From an uncultured delta proteobacterium (lineage in GTDB: Bacteria; Desulfobacterota; Binatia; UBA9968), in contig CAWDPO010000008.1 of the NCBI GenBank assembly GCA_963804165.1, forward strand, positions 32,001-96,000: a DNA stretch of 64,000 bases, written 5' to 3'. The notes beneath the pieces were generated by a model, which was given only the letters and a program-made list of their open reading frames with translations, was not told where the DNA came from and ran no database searches. This document shows positions 1 through 10,133 of the stretch, piece by piece (position 1 is the first letter of the stretch; each line of letters begins with the position of its first letter). The position numbers were made by a program, and so were the translations under genes.

Positions 1-2
1 GC

Positions 3-968
3 GCGCTGCAATGGATAGAACGCTGGGGTGATCGAGATGGCGACGGATATGTCGAGTACCTCCGCGAGACACCGCGCGGTCTTGGTAACCAAGGGTGGAA
101 AGATTCGTTCGATGCAATCTCGCACGTCGATGGCACGCTGGCGCGAGCGCCGATCGCCCTCTGTGAAGTGCAAGGCTACGTTTATGCGGCTTATAGCTCC
201 ATTGCAGAAGTTGCGATGCGCCTTGGACATGACGCACTCTCAGACCGATTGCTGCAACGTGCTGCCACGCTTAAAATCGCCTTTTCCCGCGATTTTTGGT
301 TTCCCGACGAAGGGACTCTTGCGCTCGCGCTCGACGCTGAAAAGCGACCGTGTCGTGTCATGGCCTCGAATGCGGCTCATTGTTTGGCAACAGGCATCCT
401 CGATAACCATCAGGCGATGGCGCTGTCACAGCGTCTTTTAGGAGACGAGATGTTTACGGGATGGGGCATCAGGACGTTAAGCACTCGGGAACGGCAATAC
501 AATCCAATGAGCTATCACAACGGTTCTGTCTGGCCGCACGACAACGCGATTGCGGCATGGGGGTTATCGCACTTCCAACAGCGCACGCAACTACTTCGTT
601 TGATGGACGGACTATTGGATGCTGCGGTGCATCTCAACACGGGCAGCCTGCCGGAGCTTTTCTGTGGGTTTCCACGGGATGAACGGCTGGGTCCGGTGCC
701 ATATCCGGTGGCTTGCCATCCTCAGGCTTGGTCCGCGGCGAGCGTTTTCATGCTGCTGCAGGCGGCGCTTGGACTGCAAGTCCTTGGGTTCGAGCAGAAG
801 CTCGTTATCCATTCGCCGATTCTGCCTACAAGACTGGACTGGATTAAGATAGAAGACCTAAAGGTCGGCGCCGGGACAATTTCGTTAACCATTCACCGCA
901 CGGTTGCCGGAGCGGCTGTCGAGATGACGAAAGTAGGGAGCGATGTTAGCCTAGAAATCAGGCAATAG
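3..968 (+). CDS. Amylo-alpha-1,6-glucosidase / glycogen debranching enzyme family (5' end outside window)
   Basis: Frame open from base 3 (ALQWIERWGDRDGDGYVEY...NQGWKDS); YNPMSYHNGSVWPHDN, LPELFCG and ACHPQAWSA motifs of the GDE_C family. Confidence 0.9.
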   Translation, partial: ALQWIERWGDRDGDGYVEYLRETPRGLGNQGWKDSFDAISHVDGTLARAPIALCEVQGYVYAAYSSIAEVAMRLGHDALSDRLLQRAATLKIAFSRDFWFPDEGTLALALDAEKRPCRVMASNAAHCLATGILDNHQAMALSQRLLGDEMFTGWGIRTLSTRERQYNPMSYHNGSVWPHDNAIAAWGLSHFQQRTQLLRLMDGLLDAAVHLNTGSLPELFCGFPRDERLGPVPYPVACHPQAWSAASVFMLLQAALGLQVLGFEQKLVIHSPILPTRLDWIKIEDLKVGAGTISLTIHRTVAGAAVEMTKVGSDVSLEIRQ

Positions 969-1332
969 CTTTTCGCCCCGTTGGTAGAACACAGCTAAAA
1001 TGCGATCCAATCTCGCGAGGAGGAAAACTCATCCACATAGACCCTTGGTCGGGAGAGCGACTCCTTTTCTTCTTTCCGCCAAGGCAGCAACGATAAATCC
1101 ACGAGCTAAACGGATTCGCGGCAGCACCCTATCGACAGCCGTACAAACGAATTTAGATTTTTCATGGCTCTCACCGCCCCTTTGGCGATGGATCACACAT
1201 AATCGGCACCACCGAGCGACAACTCACTAATCCACCGATGTTAGACGGTGAGGTTAGCTCGGAACCGGAAATCGAGGATGGTGGATTCGATCGATTGGCT
1301 GCGTGCATCTTGCGAATAGCCCACATCCATTT

Positions 1333-2568
1333 TTAGCGCTCAATTGTTGATGGTCTCAACGCTGACTTCCGGTAGATGCGATTGACGCGCGGAGTAGCGG
1401 GCAAACACTGGATCGTCTTTTGGACGTTGGGCCAACTTGACGTTCGCTGCCTCTTCCAATAATTCGCGGCGAGCTGATAGTACACCCCTTCGTAGTTTGC
1501 AGCCATTACCTCGCTCGTGAAACGAGTTTCGAATTCCTCACGGCATTGTTGTCGCGAAATATCACTAATTTTATGAACCGCGGTGACAAGGTCCGCGATC
1601 GAACGACCGAGGAATCCGGTTATCCCATCACGCAGCACCTCAGGGACTGACCCACACGGTCGCGCAATTACCGGAGTGCCGCAGGCCAGCGCTTCGATCA
1701 TGACGAGCCCAAATGGCTCGGGCCAGTCCACCGGAAAAAGCAACGCAACTGCGCCCCCTAAAAACTCCTGCTTCTCGGTCTCGCCTATTTCCCCGACGAA
1801 TTCGACGTCAGAACTGGACAGCAAAGGCTTGATCACCGTTTCATAATAGTCGTAATCGACCCGGTCGACCTTGGCGGCAATTTTAAGCGGTACGCCAGTG
1901 CGTCGTGCGATCTCGATGGCTAGGTCCGGACGCTTTTCAGGAGATATTCTGCCGAGGAAAGCCAAGTAGTTATTGGGTTTCGGCCTGAATCTTAATAGGT
2001 CGCGTGGTAAACCGTGATATATGGTGCGCACCCAATTCAACTCACGGATTGGACGGCGCTGATCGTCACTGATCGAAACTAGCGGCAGATCCTTATAACT
2101 TCGGTAGATCGGCAACATTTCTTTAAGGTCAAGCCGGCCGTGCATCGTCGATACTGTAGGCACCTGCGCTTGGCGAGCGAGTGGAAAGCTTAAACAGTCA
2201 AGATGCGAGTGGATGATATCGAAACGGCCCGCATTGTCATACACATCACTGAGCATCGGCAAATGATAAAGCGGCCCGAGATGATCGAGTCCACTGAGCC
2301 TCAAGGACTGGGGCCATCCTGGTACAACCGGAACACTTGTAGTCGAATCGCCCGATGCATAAAGTGTAACCTCATGCCCGCGGCGTAGCAGTTCTTCAGC
2401 CAAATACGACACGACTCGTTCCGTCCCGCCATAAAGCTTCGGTGGCACGCTTTCGTAGAGCGGTGCTAATTGAGCGATACGAAGCGGTCGAGCCGATGCA
2501 GGAAAATTGGCTGCAAGCGTCCTCTCATATTGTATTTTGTTCATACAATCTACTCTGAAAAAACTCAC
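1333..2568 (-). CDS. Glycosyltransferase family 4
   Basis: VPPKLYGGTERVV, LGRISPEKRP and EPFGLVMIEALACGTPV motifs; true start may be further downstream. Confidence 0.9.
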   Translation of the reverse strand: MSFFRVDCMNKIQYERTLAANFPASARPLRIAQLAPLYESVPPKLYGGTERVVSYLAEELLRRGHEVTLYASGDSTTSVPVVPGWPQSLRLSGLDHLGPLYHLPMLSDVYDNAGRFDIIHSHLDCLSFPLARQAQVPTVSTMHGRLDLKEMLPIYRSYKDLPLVSISDDQRRPIRELNWVRTIYHGLPRDLLRFRPKPNNYLAFLGRISPEKRPDLAIEIARRTGVPLKIAAKVDRVDYDYYETVIKPLLSSSDVEFVGEIGETEKQEFLGGAVALLFPVDWPEPFGLVMIEALACGTPVIARPCGSVPEVLRDGITGFLGRSIADLVTAVHKISDISRQQCREEFETRFTSEVMAANYEGVYYQLAANYWKRQRTSSWPNVQKTIQCLPATPRVNRIYRKSALRPSTIER

Positions 2569-2936
2569 TGGTTGTGCCGCAGGTCGCGGTGAAAAAAATA
2601 CAGAGCGAGTCTTCGAGCGACTCTTCGTACACGACTTTGTTATAGTGCGACGCGACCAGGCAATTCAAGCTCTCCACTAAGGAAGGGCCCAAAATCTCTC
2701 TTCTTCAGTACGGCCAGATCGACTCAAACAAATCGCGCTGTTAAAAGAATTATCCGCGGTAGGGCTCATTCGATTGAACTGATCGAAGGAAGTTTCACGC
2801 CGGCTCGTGTGCGATATTCCCGAACCAGCTGTAAGGATTCACCTTAAAGATGCCGTCGGAACCGGACTAGCGTTGCGAAGTAATATGCGATTTGCTATCG
2901 CTCACTCGCCGGCAGAATCAAAAAGGAGTCCTTTTC

Positions 2937-4148
2937 ATGTCCGCTTCGGGCCGTTTCGGCGATTCATCGTCGACGGACGCGCTGAAAAAATTCATCCTGC
3001 TCTATGCCGCGATGTATGCCGCGTTTGGAGTCGCTTCGCCATTCCTGCCCGCCTTTTTGAACGCTAGAGGGTTGGCACCCGAGCAGCTCGGCCTGGCGCT
3101 CGGCGCAGGCACAGCGGTCAGATTGCTTACGGCACCGCTCGCGGGGCGCATTGGCGATCTGATGCAGGCCCTCCGCATGGTGCTCGTCACGTGCATGGCG
3201 CTCGCCGCTGCCGTGACAGTTGGCTATCTGAAGGCACATGGATTTTGGATTTTAGTCGGAACCAGTTTGCTCCATGCCGCGTCGCTGGCGCCGATTACAA
3301 TTTTAGCGGATGCATTGGCGCTTGGATCCGCGTCGCCGACGCCTAAAACTGAGCGTCGTGGCTTCGAGTATGGATGGGTGCGCGGCACCGGATCGGCTGC
3401 CTTCATCGCCGGCACCTTGCTGTCTGGACAGGCGGTAAGCGCATTTGGCCTCGACGTGATCGTGGGCTGGCAGGCCACGCTACTCGGCGTGGCAGCTTTG
3501 CTCGCCACCCTGGTGCCGGAACTGAATCACGATCGCACGCCCGATGCTGTGCGCGCGCCGGCGCGCGGTGTTCTCATTCTGCTACGGCTGCCGCCGTTTC
3601 GGAATACCGTTCTGATCGCAGCGCTTATCCTCGGCAGTCATGCGATGCACGACGCGTTCGCGGTGATCCGCTGGAGCGCCGCAGGTATCAGCCCCGTTAC
3701 GATAAGCTTACTTTGGTCGGAGTCGGTCGCTGCGGAAGTAGTCGTGTTCTTTCTCATCGGCCCGTCGCTCGTGATTCGGCTGACGCCGGCTGGGGCGCTC
3801 GCCGTTGCATCGCTGGCCGGCATGCTTCGTTGGGTGGTAGCTACCCAGACCACCGATGTGATCATCCTTGCATTAGTTCAGCCGCTACACGGCATCACGT
3901 TTGCGCTCCTTCATCTCGCCTGCATGCGTTTGCTCGCCCGCATCGTGCCGCAAGGCCTCGAAGGGACGGCGCAGGCGGTCTACGGCACGATCGGCATTGG
4001 TGCAGCCAGCGCATTGCTCACGTCTATCTCCGGCGCCCTCTACGGACACCTCGGTGCGGGAGGGTTTTGGGTCATGGCTGCACTCTGCGCGCTTGCCTTC
4101 CCGTTGACATGGAAGCTAAGGCAAGCCCAACGGTTTCTTAGTATTTAA
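2937..4148 (+). CDS. MFS transporter (HcaT/3-phenylpropionate-permease-like)
   Basis: About 12 hydrophobic segments, YGWVRGTGS and QPLHGITF motifs; AAGGAG RBS upstream of ATG 2937. Confidence 0.85.
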   Translation: MSASGRFGDSSSTDALKKFILLYAAMYAAFGVASPFLPAFLNARGLAPEQLGLALGAGTAVRLLTAPLAGRIGDLMQALRMVLVTCMALAAAVTVGYLKAHGFWILVGTSLLHAASLAPITILADALALGSASPTPKTERRGFEYGWVRGTGSAAFIAGTLLSGQAVSAFGLDVIVGWQATLLGVAALLATLVPELNHDRTPDAVRAPARGVLILLRLPPFRNTVLIAALILGSHAMHDAFAVIRWSAAGISPVTISLLWSESVAAEVVVFFLIGPSLVIRLTPAGALAVASLAGMLRWVVATQTTDVIILALVQPLHGITFALLHLACMRLLARIVPQGLEGTAQAVYGTIGIGAASALLTSISGALYGHLGAGGFWVMAALCALAFPLTWKLRQAQRFLSI

Positions 4149-4197
4149 GAATAACAAAAGCTGATACCGCCGGCATTTTTTGTCAGGGGGTTGCTAA

Positions 4198-4527
4198 TCA
4201 GGCAAAATGTCCTCTGCCGTTCCCGTTTTTGTTTGTAAGTATGGCCCTAGCCTTCTGTGCCGCCGTTTGAAAAAGGCCCAGACTACCGCGCCGGATAGCG
4301 GCTTTGCTCGAATACGGAGACTCAGGGTGATGGTCGTCGATGAATCTTGATTCTTTCTCAGCCAGCCGTGTGATTTCGGTCAGGCAATCAGCATCCCTCA
4401 GCCTCACGGCACACTGTAAGCCAACCAAGAGTAGATGATAGGCGATATTATATTCGCCTTCAGTAAAGGTGGCGCGGTTGGTGATCAAGGACATTTGGTA
4501 AATCTCTCTAATCCGGCGCTCGTTCAT
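4198..4527 (-). CDS. Hypothetical protein (~109 aa)
   Basis: ORF with globular helical composition (YNIAYHLL...IDDHHPESPYSS); start uncertain (4527 or 4569). Confidence 0.5.
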   Translation of the reverse strand: MNERRIREIYQMSLITNRATFTEGEYNIAYHLLLVGLQCAVRLRDADCLTEITRLAEKESRFIDDHHPESPYSSKAAIRRGSLGLFQTAAQKARAILTNKNGNGRGHFA

Positions 4528-5374
4528 GACAAAGTCTCGCTTTTCGATGTTTACCGGCCCCATAAACATGACGGCCTATCTTTAATCAGAGCGTGATTTA
4601 GACTGGCGGGCTCACAGACTAGTCCAGCAATCCAGAAACTTTGAGAGCCGCGCAGATAATCAACATTAGGGTTGGGTGGCTGCCAATCCCGAGAAACGAT
4701 AAAACCATCCACACTTATATGATTGCCGTTGCCCACAGGACGTAAGGACCTCTGTTGGCAACGGATGAATGCCCAGCAAATTCGATTCCGCCGAGCAAAA
4801 ATCGGTTCCGCACTATATTCCGGTTACTTACGTTTTGATTGGCCGCATGTTTGTCGGCCAAACGCCTTCGATACTGAATGATCATTCCAACAGTCGAAAG
4901 ATGCCGCGAAAATAAAGCGTCTGCCGAGTTTTACGGTATGTTCTGTTCGACCAGAATCGCCATGCAACGACGCGCTCGCGATTGAACCTATAGCGCGTGT
5001 TAAAGGGCCTAAAAAACGCTCCAAGCGCCGGCTAGTTGCTTACTTAAGGCGGTTAAAGCGGGGGTAAGGGCCTACTAAGGCTAAAATCCAAAAACGCGCC
5101 GGTTTATATAACCGTAGCGGCGTATTAACTAGTTAATTTGCAACCTGAAATAAAACGCTTTAACTAAAGTTTAGCTAACCTGCCAGAATCAACCGCGGCA
5201 AATAAACCGAGTCTATGGGCGTTTTTCCGCTCCAAATTGTCAAACACCTTAAGCCGCAAATACGACACTTGTCACGGGAAAATAGTTCAAGCGAGAACTC
5301 GGACTAGACCTCTTGAATGCCATTCGAAAATCATTCGTGACCACAGCCTGAAATAGCCACCGAAGCCCAACAAA

Positions 5375-5420
5375 AACAAGCCCCGAGCACTGCCGTAAAT
5401 GGTAGTTCTTGGGGCTTGTT
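5375..5420. repeat. 20-bp imperfect inverted repeat (hairpin) abutting the truncated LysR gene
   Basis: aacaagccccgagcactgcc-gtaaat-ggtagttcttggggcttgtt. Confidence 0.7.
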
Positions 5421-5424
5421 GTAG

Positions 5425-6042
5425 CTCCTGCGGGTCGGGGGAAGCTATGCGCCCTCCGCGACGTTTCTTCCGCAAGTTCTCGCGGCATTTCGAAAGAGAT
5501 ATCCGACCGTCCAGCTCAATTTAAAAACACACGATAGCGCCACACTAGAGCGAATGCTGCTAGAATCGGAATTGGATGTCGCGTTACTCAACCATCGTCC
5601 GAAATCCGCTGCCCTTGCTTCAGAGCCCTATAGTCTTGAGAAGCTTGTGCTTTTTACCCAAGCAAATCACGCACTGGCAAAGATAAGACGGTTAAGCTTG
5701 CGCGAATTAGCCCGTGCTCCACTAATCATCAGGGAGGGCACGGGATCACCAACTTTAAGCGAGCGCATGTTGAGGGAAGCAGATTCAGAATTACGGCCAA
5801 ACATCGTGCTTCGTTGTGAATCACCAGCTGCCGTTAAGGCAGCGGTTAGAAATAATATGGGCATCGGTCTGCTGTTTCTCAGCAGTGTGGAAGCAGACTT
5901 TCATAGTGGCAGATTCAAACGACTTAGGCTTATCGATGCAGACCTAGATGTTCACACTTTTATCGTCCATCGGAGCGAATCATTAGCGCCCATCGTCTCC
6001 AGTTTTTTAAGCATTCTCCGTCAAAGACGCGATAGGCGTTAA
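5425..6042 (+). pseudogene. LysR-family regulator remnant: substrate-binding domain only, HTH lost
   Basis: Frame reads LLRVGGSYAPSATFLPQVLAAFRKRYPTV... directly after TAG at 5422-5424; IIREGTGS and AVKAAVRNNMGIG motifs; no HTH-coding sequence seen upstream. Confidence 0.8.
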
Positions 6043-6165
6043 TCCCATCCGAAGTTTCGCAGACCGACCACAAGATTTCTAACCGGCTTCGGTACTTTGC
6101 CACCTTATGTTGTCGAATCAAAAAGTTGCCCTGGTCCGACCCGCGCTCGGCGATGTTGCTTGCCA

Positions 6166-7182
6166 TCAGCGCGACTTCATGACCTCAGTATAGCTCTTAA
6201 TCGTTCCCTCGTAATCCTTGTACCCCTCGGGATGCACCGCGATGCGTTTGTAACCGCGCAATAATCGCGGCGGCTTGGGCTCGACATCTTTGCGCACGGG
6301 GACCCGATTGGAGTCCCAAAGCAATTCTTGGCCTGCTTTCGACAGGCTGAAGTTAATAAAAAGCTTCGCCGCGTTTGGGTTGCGCGCCTTGTCCGCCAAC
6401 TGAACCGTCGTGATTGAAAGCACCACCGGTTCGAGGGCCAGCCAATCCAGAGGCGCGCCTCGGTTCGCGTAGTTTTGAATAATCGGAGCGTACGCAATCA
6501 GCATTGGGTGTTCGCCGGCCGCTGCAAGCTGCACCCTGACCGTAGTCCCTCCCATAACCGCGAGGTCTTGGGCCGCAAGTTTCTTCAGATAAGCGACGGC
6601 CTTTTCGCGGCCCCATGCATTTATAAGCCCCTGCAAAAAAGTAAAATAATTGTCATCGAAAGATATTTTCCTGCCTTTGAATTTCGGGTTCAGAAGATCG
6701 TCATACGTGCGCGGCGCTTCGGCGGCTTTAACCAGATTCGTGTTGAATCCCAGCACGACAGGGTTGACGTAGACAGCGGTCCAATGGCCGTTTGGATCCT
6801 TCAAATCCTCATCGATCATCTTGGCTTCCGGCGAGAAAAACGGGGCAATAAGATTTTTTCCCTTAAGCGGCATCACCATGTCGCCAGTCCCGTGAATCAC
6901 GTCCCATTCGTGTTTCCCGGCATTGGCTTCCGCGATGGCTCGGTTGAGCAAACTTCCGCCGCCGGACCGCAGGACGACTGGTTTTACAAACGGATATCTC
7001 TGGTGAAATCGGTCCGCGAATTGTTTGCTGTGATCGGTACTCATGGTCGTGTACCAGACCACTTTCCCCTCGCGCCGCGCCGCTTCGATCAGTTTTGCGT
7101 CGTCGGATTCCTGGGAAAATGCGGAGGCGGCCTTGATGAGCACCAGGGCCATAAAAAGAGGCCTCCAGGAATTCAGTTTCAT
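6166..7182 (-). CDS. ABC-type extracellular solute-binding protein (Fe3+/thiamine-like family)
   Basis: Signal peptide, AARREGKVVWYTT and NPNAAKLFINF motifs; GGAGG RBS before ATG 7182. Confidence 0.85.
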   Translation of the reverse strand: MKLNSWRPLFMALVLIKAASAFSQESDDAKLIEAARREGKVVWYTTMSTDHSKQFADRFHQRYPFVKPVVLRSGGGSLLNRAIAEANAGKHEWDVIHGTGDMVMPLKGKNLIAPFFSPEAKMIDEDLKDPNGHWTAVYVNPVVLGFNTNLVKAAEAPRTYDDLLNPKFKGRKISFDDNYFTFLQGLINAWGREKAVAYLKKLAAQDLAVMGGTTVRVQLAAAGEHPMLIAYAPIIQNYANRGAPLDWLALEPVVLSITTVQLADKARNPNAAKLFINFSLSKAGQELLWDSNRVPVRKDVEPKPPRLLRGYKRIAVHPEGYKDYEGTIKSYTEVMKSR

Positions 7183-7214
7183 GGCGCACCTCCGGCACGC
7201 ACGCAATTCTCTTC

Positions 7215-8375
7215 TTACAAGGCAAACAGCCGGCGTGCGTTTCCGACCAGGATCCGCTGTTTGTCGGTGTCCGAAAGATGCGGATTTCCGCGAATTAATT
7301 TCACGGAATTCGGCCAGGTGCCGCTCGCGTCAGCGTGAGGATAATCGCTGCCGAGCACTATATTGTGTTCCGGCCATGCCTCAATGAGGTGGTGCAACCA
7401 CTTCTCGTTGGCCGTGGCTCCGGGAAATATGTGATCGGTAAAATATTCGCTCGGCTTGCGTTTGATTCTGTGGCGCTTCCATTTCACCTGGTCCAGCGCG
7501 TCCATGAGCGCGGAAACGAAAGATGGAACGCGGCCTTCGAGCGTACAGATGCGGACGTTTGGAAACTCATCGAATGTTTTAGAAAAAATCAGACTGGCAA
7601 TGTCGCATGCGTAGGTAAAAGGAAAGGTGTAAAGCAGCCCTAATTCGTTCACCTTCTGAACCGCGGGGTGATTGGTCGCGACCATCGTGCTCAAGTTGAT
7701 CGTCTTCAGATTGTAGCTGCTCCAGTCCCGATACGCCTTGATACTTGTGTGAAAAATGATCGGCATGTTGAATTCGTTCAGTGCATCAAAAATAGGCCAG
7801 AGACTCGGCGACCCCAGATCGAAATCGGCGTAGCGTTCACCGGTGGCGGTGAGAAACACTCCCTTGAAGCCAAGGGCATGCATGCGGCGAATTTCTCTGA
7901 CCGCATCTTCGACCCAGGGCCAATAGATCGCGGCGACCGGAATGAATCTGTCCCGATGCTTGGATTCTTCTAGCAATTCGACGACCCCGTCGTTAAAAAC
8001 ACGGCAGACATCCGCGCCGATCCCCGCTGGGTAATGGGATATAAGAACGCCCTGATCAAACCCCAGCACCTGCACGCATTTGGGATCTTCCTTGTTCATA
8101 TCCGCAACCTTGGTATCGAGATTGAGCCGGCCGTGCGCGGCTGAACCGAGAATGTCGTCATCCGCCCGGCTCCTGTGGATCACCCGGCCTTCGTAGAGAA
8201 ACTTGATAATTTTCTCTTCCACTATGAGCTGGAAATGGCCGGGATAGAGTTTTGCGAGCTTCTCCAGAGCGGGCATCGACAGAAAATGCGTATCGCAATC
8301 GATAAAGGAAACATCGTCGGGGAGTCGAAAGGTTGATTCCTTCCGGGCGACACTGGTGAGTTGCGCCATAAACAT
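7215..8375 (-). CDS. Amidohydrolase_2 family protein
   Basis: IDCDTH metal motif, GSDYPHAD, NARRLF C-terminus; AAGGAGG RBS. Confidence 0.85.
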   Translation of the reverse strand: MFMAQLTSVARKESTFRLPDDVSFIDCDTHFLSMPALEKLAKLYPGHFQLIVEEKIIKFLYEGRVIHRSRADDDILGSAAHGRLNLDTKVADMNKEDPKCVQVLGFDQGVLISHYPAGIGADVCRVFNDGVVELLEESKHRDRFIPVAAIYWPWVEDAVREIRRMHALGFKGVFLTATGERYADFDLGSPSLWPIFDALNEFNMPIIFHTSIKAYRDWSSYNLKTINLSTMVATNHPAVQKVNELGLLYTFPFTYACDIASLIFSKTFDEFPNVRICTLEGRVPSFVSALMDALDQVKWKRHRIKRKPSEYFTDHIFPGATANEKWLHHLIEAWPEHNIVLGSDYPHADASGTWPNSVKLIRGNPHLSDTDKQRILVGNARRLFAL

Positions 8376-8529
8376 GTCCTCCTTAGCTGATCTTCGTTTA
8401 AGCCACGCGTCTAGAACTTAGTCGGCGGATTTCTCAATCGCGCATTGGATTCGATACCCGCGCAACCCGTTTGTCAAGATTAAATCTTTGCTGTATGAGC
8501 TTTAAAAGAATTTAAGATAGAATGGCGCT

Positions 8530-9435
8530 ATGGACTTAAAACAGCTTCAAGCGTTTTACCTGGTTGGAAAACACGGCAACCTCGCCAAAGCGGGCAATTA
8601 CTTGCAATTGACTCCTCCGGCTATTTCAATCCAACTAAAAAAACTCGAAAGCGAATTGAAGGTCAGGCTCTTCGAGCACCAGCCAAACAAACTGGTTTTG
8701 ACAGACAAGGGTCGCGTTCTGGTCCGGGAAGTTAAGAATGTGTTCGACGCAGTTACAAAAATGCAGGTGGCATTGGGTACCAAAGAAGATGGTTATGAAG
8801 AAACCATTACGATTGCTTTTGGAAGACACCGGGCGAGGGTTTTTGCGCCGCAAATCGCAGCCTTCAAGAAAAAATATCCTCGCTTAAGGATTTCAATTCA
8901 CTCCAAAACGTCATCGGAAGCGCTATCGATGCTTTTAGAGGGAGATCTTGACCTCGGGATCAGCAGTTTGCCGCGCGTGCCGCGTGGGATTCAAAAAAGA
9001 ATGCTTCTCGACAACAAACTGCATCTTATATTCTCCAAGACCAATGCATTGGCAAACAAGCGATCGATATCGCTCGCGCAGGTCGCCGAACAGTCAGTCG
9101 TCTTGCACCCGCGAGGCGTAACCACCAGGAAAATTATCGACGCCGGCTTCGCCGCTCAAGGATTAGATCTTGAGAACATTCTGGAAGTCGGACACTGCGA
9201 GTCGATCATCGAATTCGTTCGGGTAGGGCTGGGCGTAGGATTCGTACACGGGACCTGCTTGCCGACACTGGATAGGCGAAATATCGGATGGCACGACATG
9301 ACAGAGCACTTTGAGCGTATGGAGCTCTCGCTCGTCTACCGGAGGTCATCGGTTCTCAAACCTATGCACCGTGCGCTTTTGGAAAATCTGACGCAATCGG
9401 CAAAGAAGATGCTGCTATTGCCTCCACGGACCTAA
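8530..9435 (+). CDS. LysR-family transcriptional regulator, divergent from the amidohydrolase
   Basis: MDLKQLQAF...LTPPAISIQLKKLESEL HTH plus substrate-binding domain. Confidence 0.92.
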   Translation: MDLKQLQAFYLVGKHGNLAKAGNYLQLTPPAISIQLKKLESELKVRLFEHQPNKLVLTDKGRVLVREVKNVFDAVTKMQVALGTKEDGYEETITIAFGRHRARVFAPQIAAFKKKYPRLRISIHSKTSSEALSMLLEGDLDLGISSLPRVPRGIQKRMLLDNKLHLIFSKTNALANKRSISLAQVAEQSVVLHPRGVTTRKIIDAGFAAQGLDLENILEVGHCESIIEFVRVGLGVGFVHGTCLPTLDRRNIGWHDMTEHFERMELSLVYRRSSVLKPMHRALLENLTQSAKKMLLLPPRT

Positions 9436-9555
9436 TTTTATTCCAATCGTGAGTCTATTCCCGTAAATTACCGCGACGCTCTTTGAACGCCTTGAACCAG
9501 TGCAGCCTCTGAGGATCTGCTCAGTAGAGGCTTCAGAATAGTTTTGTTTCCGACC

Positions 9556-9888
9556 TTAGCGAGGCATAGGCCCGGGGCCCACCAGTTTCTTGAAAAGCTC
9601 AATAACCTCGGCATCCCGGGGAATTTCTCTGACTGCTCGTTCTTGGTCTTCGGGCAGAAGCGGCGAGGGATCATCTCCCGTGAGCTTTTTATAGTATCTG
9701 AGGAATTCCGGATCCTTGTAGGCTTGCCGGAACGCCGCTTTCAGAATATCCGCCCGTTCTTTGGCCACGCCCGGCGGAAGCACAAACGGCCCGCCCGTCG
9801 CGCGAAACGTACGTTGCATGGCAATCAATTTTTGCTCTTTGGCGGAGCGCGCAAAGCCTTCGAGCTCAGGCAGATGGCTGAAAGCCGG
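9556..9888 (-). pseudogene. C-terminal remnant of a TctC/Bug-like tripartite tricarboxylate transporter substrate-binding protein
   Basis: SHLPELEGFARS...GGPFVLPPGVAKERADILKAAFRQAYKDPEF; N-terminal part absent. Confidence 0.6.
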
Positions 9889-10003
9889 GAATATTGAAGC
9901 ATTGATCTACGCGGTCAAGCTCAACTCTCCTTCGGAAAAAGTCGGCCCCATCGAAGATTTGTACACGGAAAATTTTGTGAATAAGGCACTGGCGGGACAA
10001 TAA
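9889..10003 (+). pseudogene. C-terminal remnant resembling a NitT/TauT-family SBP
   Basis: NIEALIYAVKLNSPSEKVGPIEDLYTENFVNKALAGQ* resembles the SBP C-terminus; no upstream gene body. Confidence 0.35.
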
Positions 10004-10133
10004 GAACATGCGGTAAGTCGCACCGCGAAATTTTAGCTGACGACCTTGGTCGGGCCATATCACTACTTTGTTCATCCAACGCGATATATCTTTCCAAGAC
10101 CTGAGCCCGAAATTTTCCCACGGTAGTATCCAA

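Noticed and set aside
969-1332. Small ORFs between the glucosidase and glycosyltransferase genes
   Set aside because: No convincing intact frame or motif
6475-7338. Long antisense or alternative-frame ORFs (also 3374-4141, 48323-49033, 53294-54091, 59170-60033)
   Set aside because: Shadows of well-supported genes in GC-rich DNA, with no motifs
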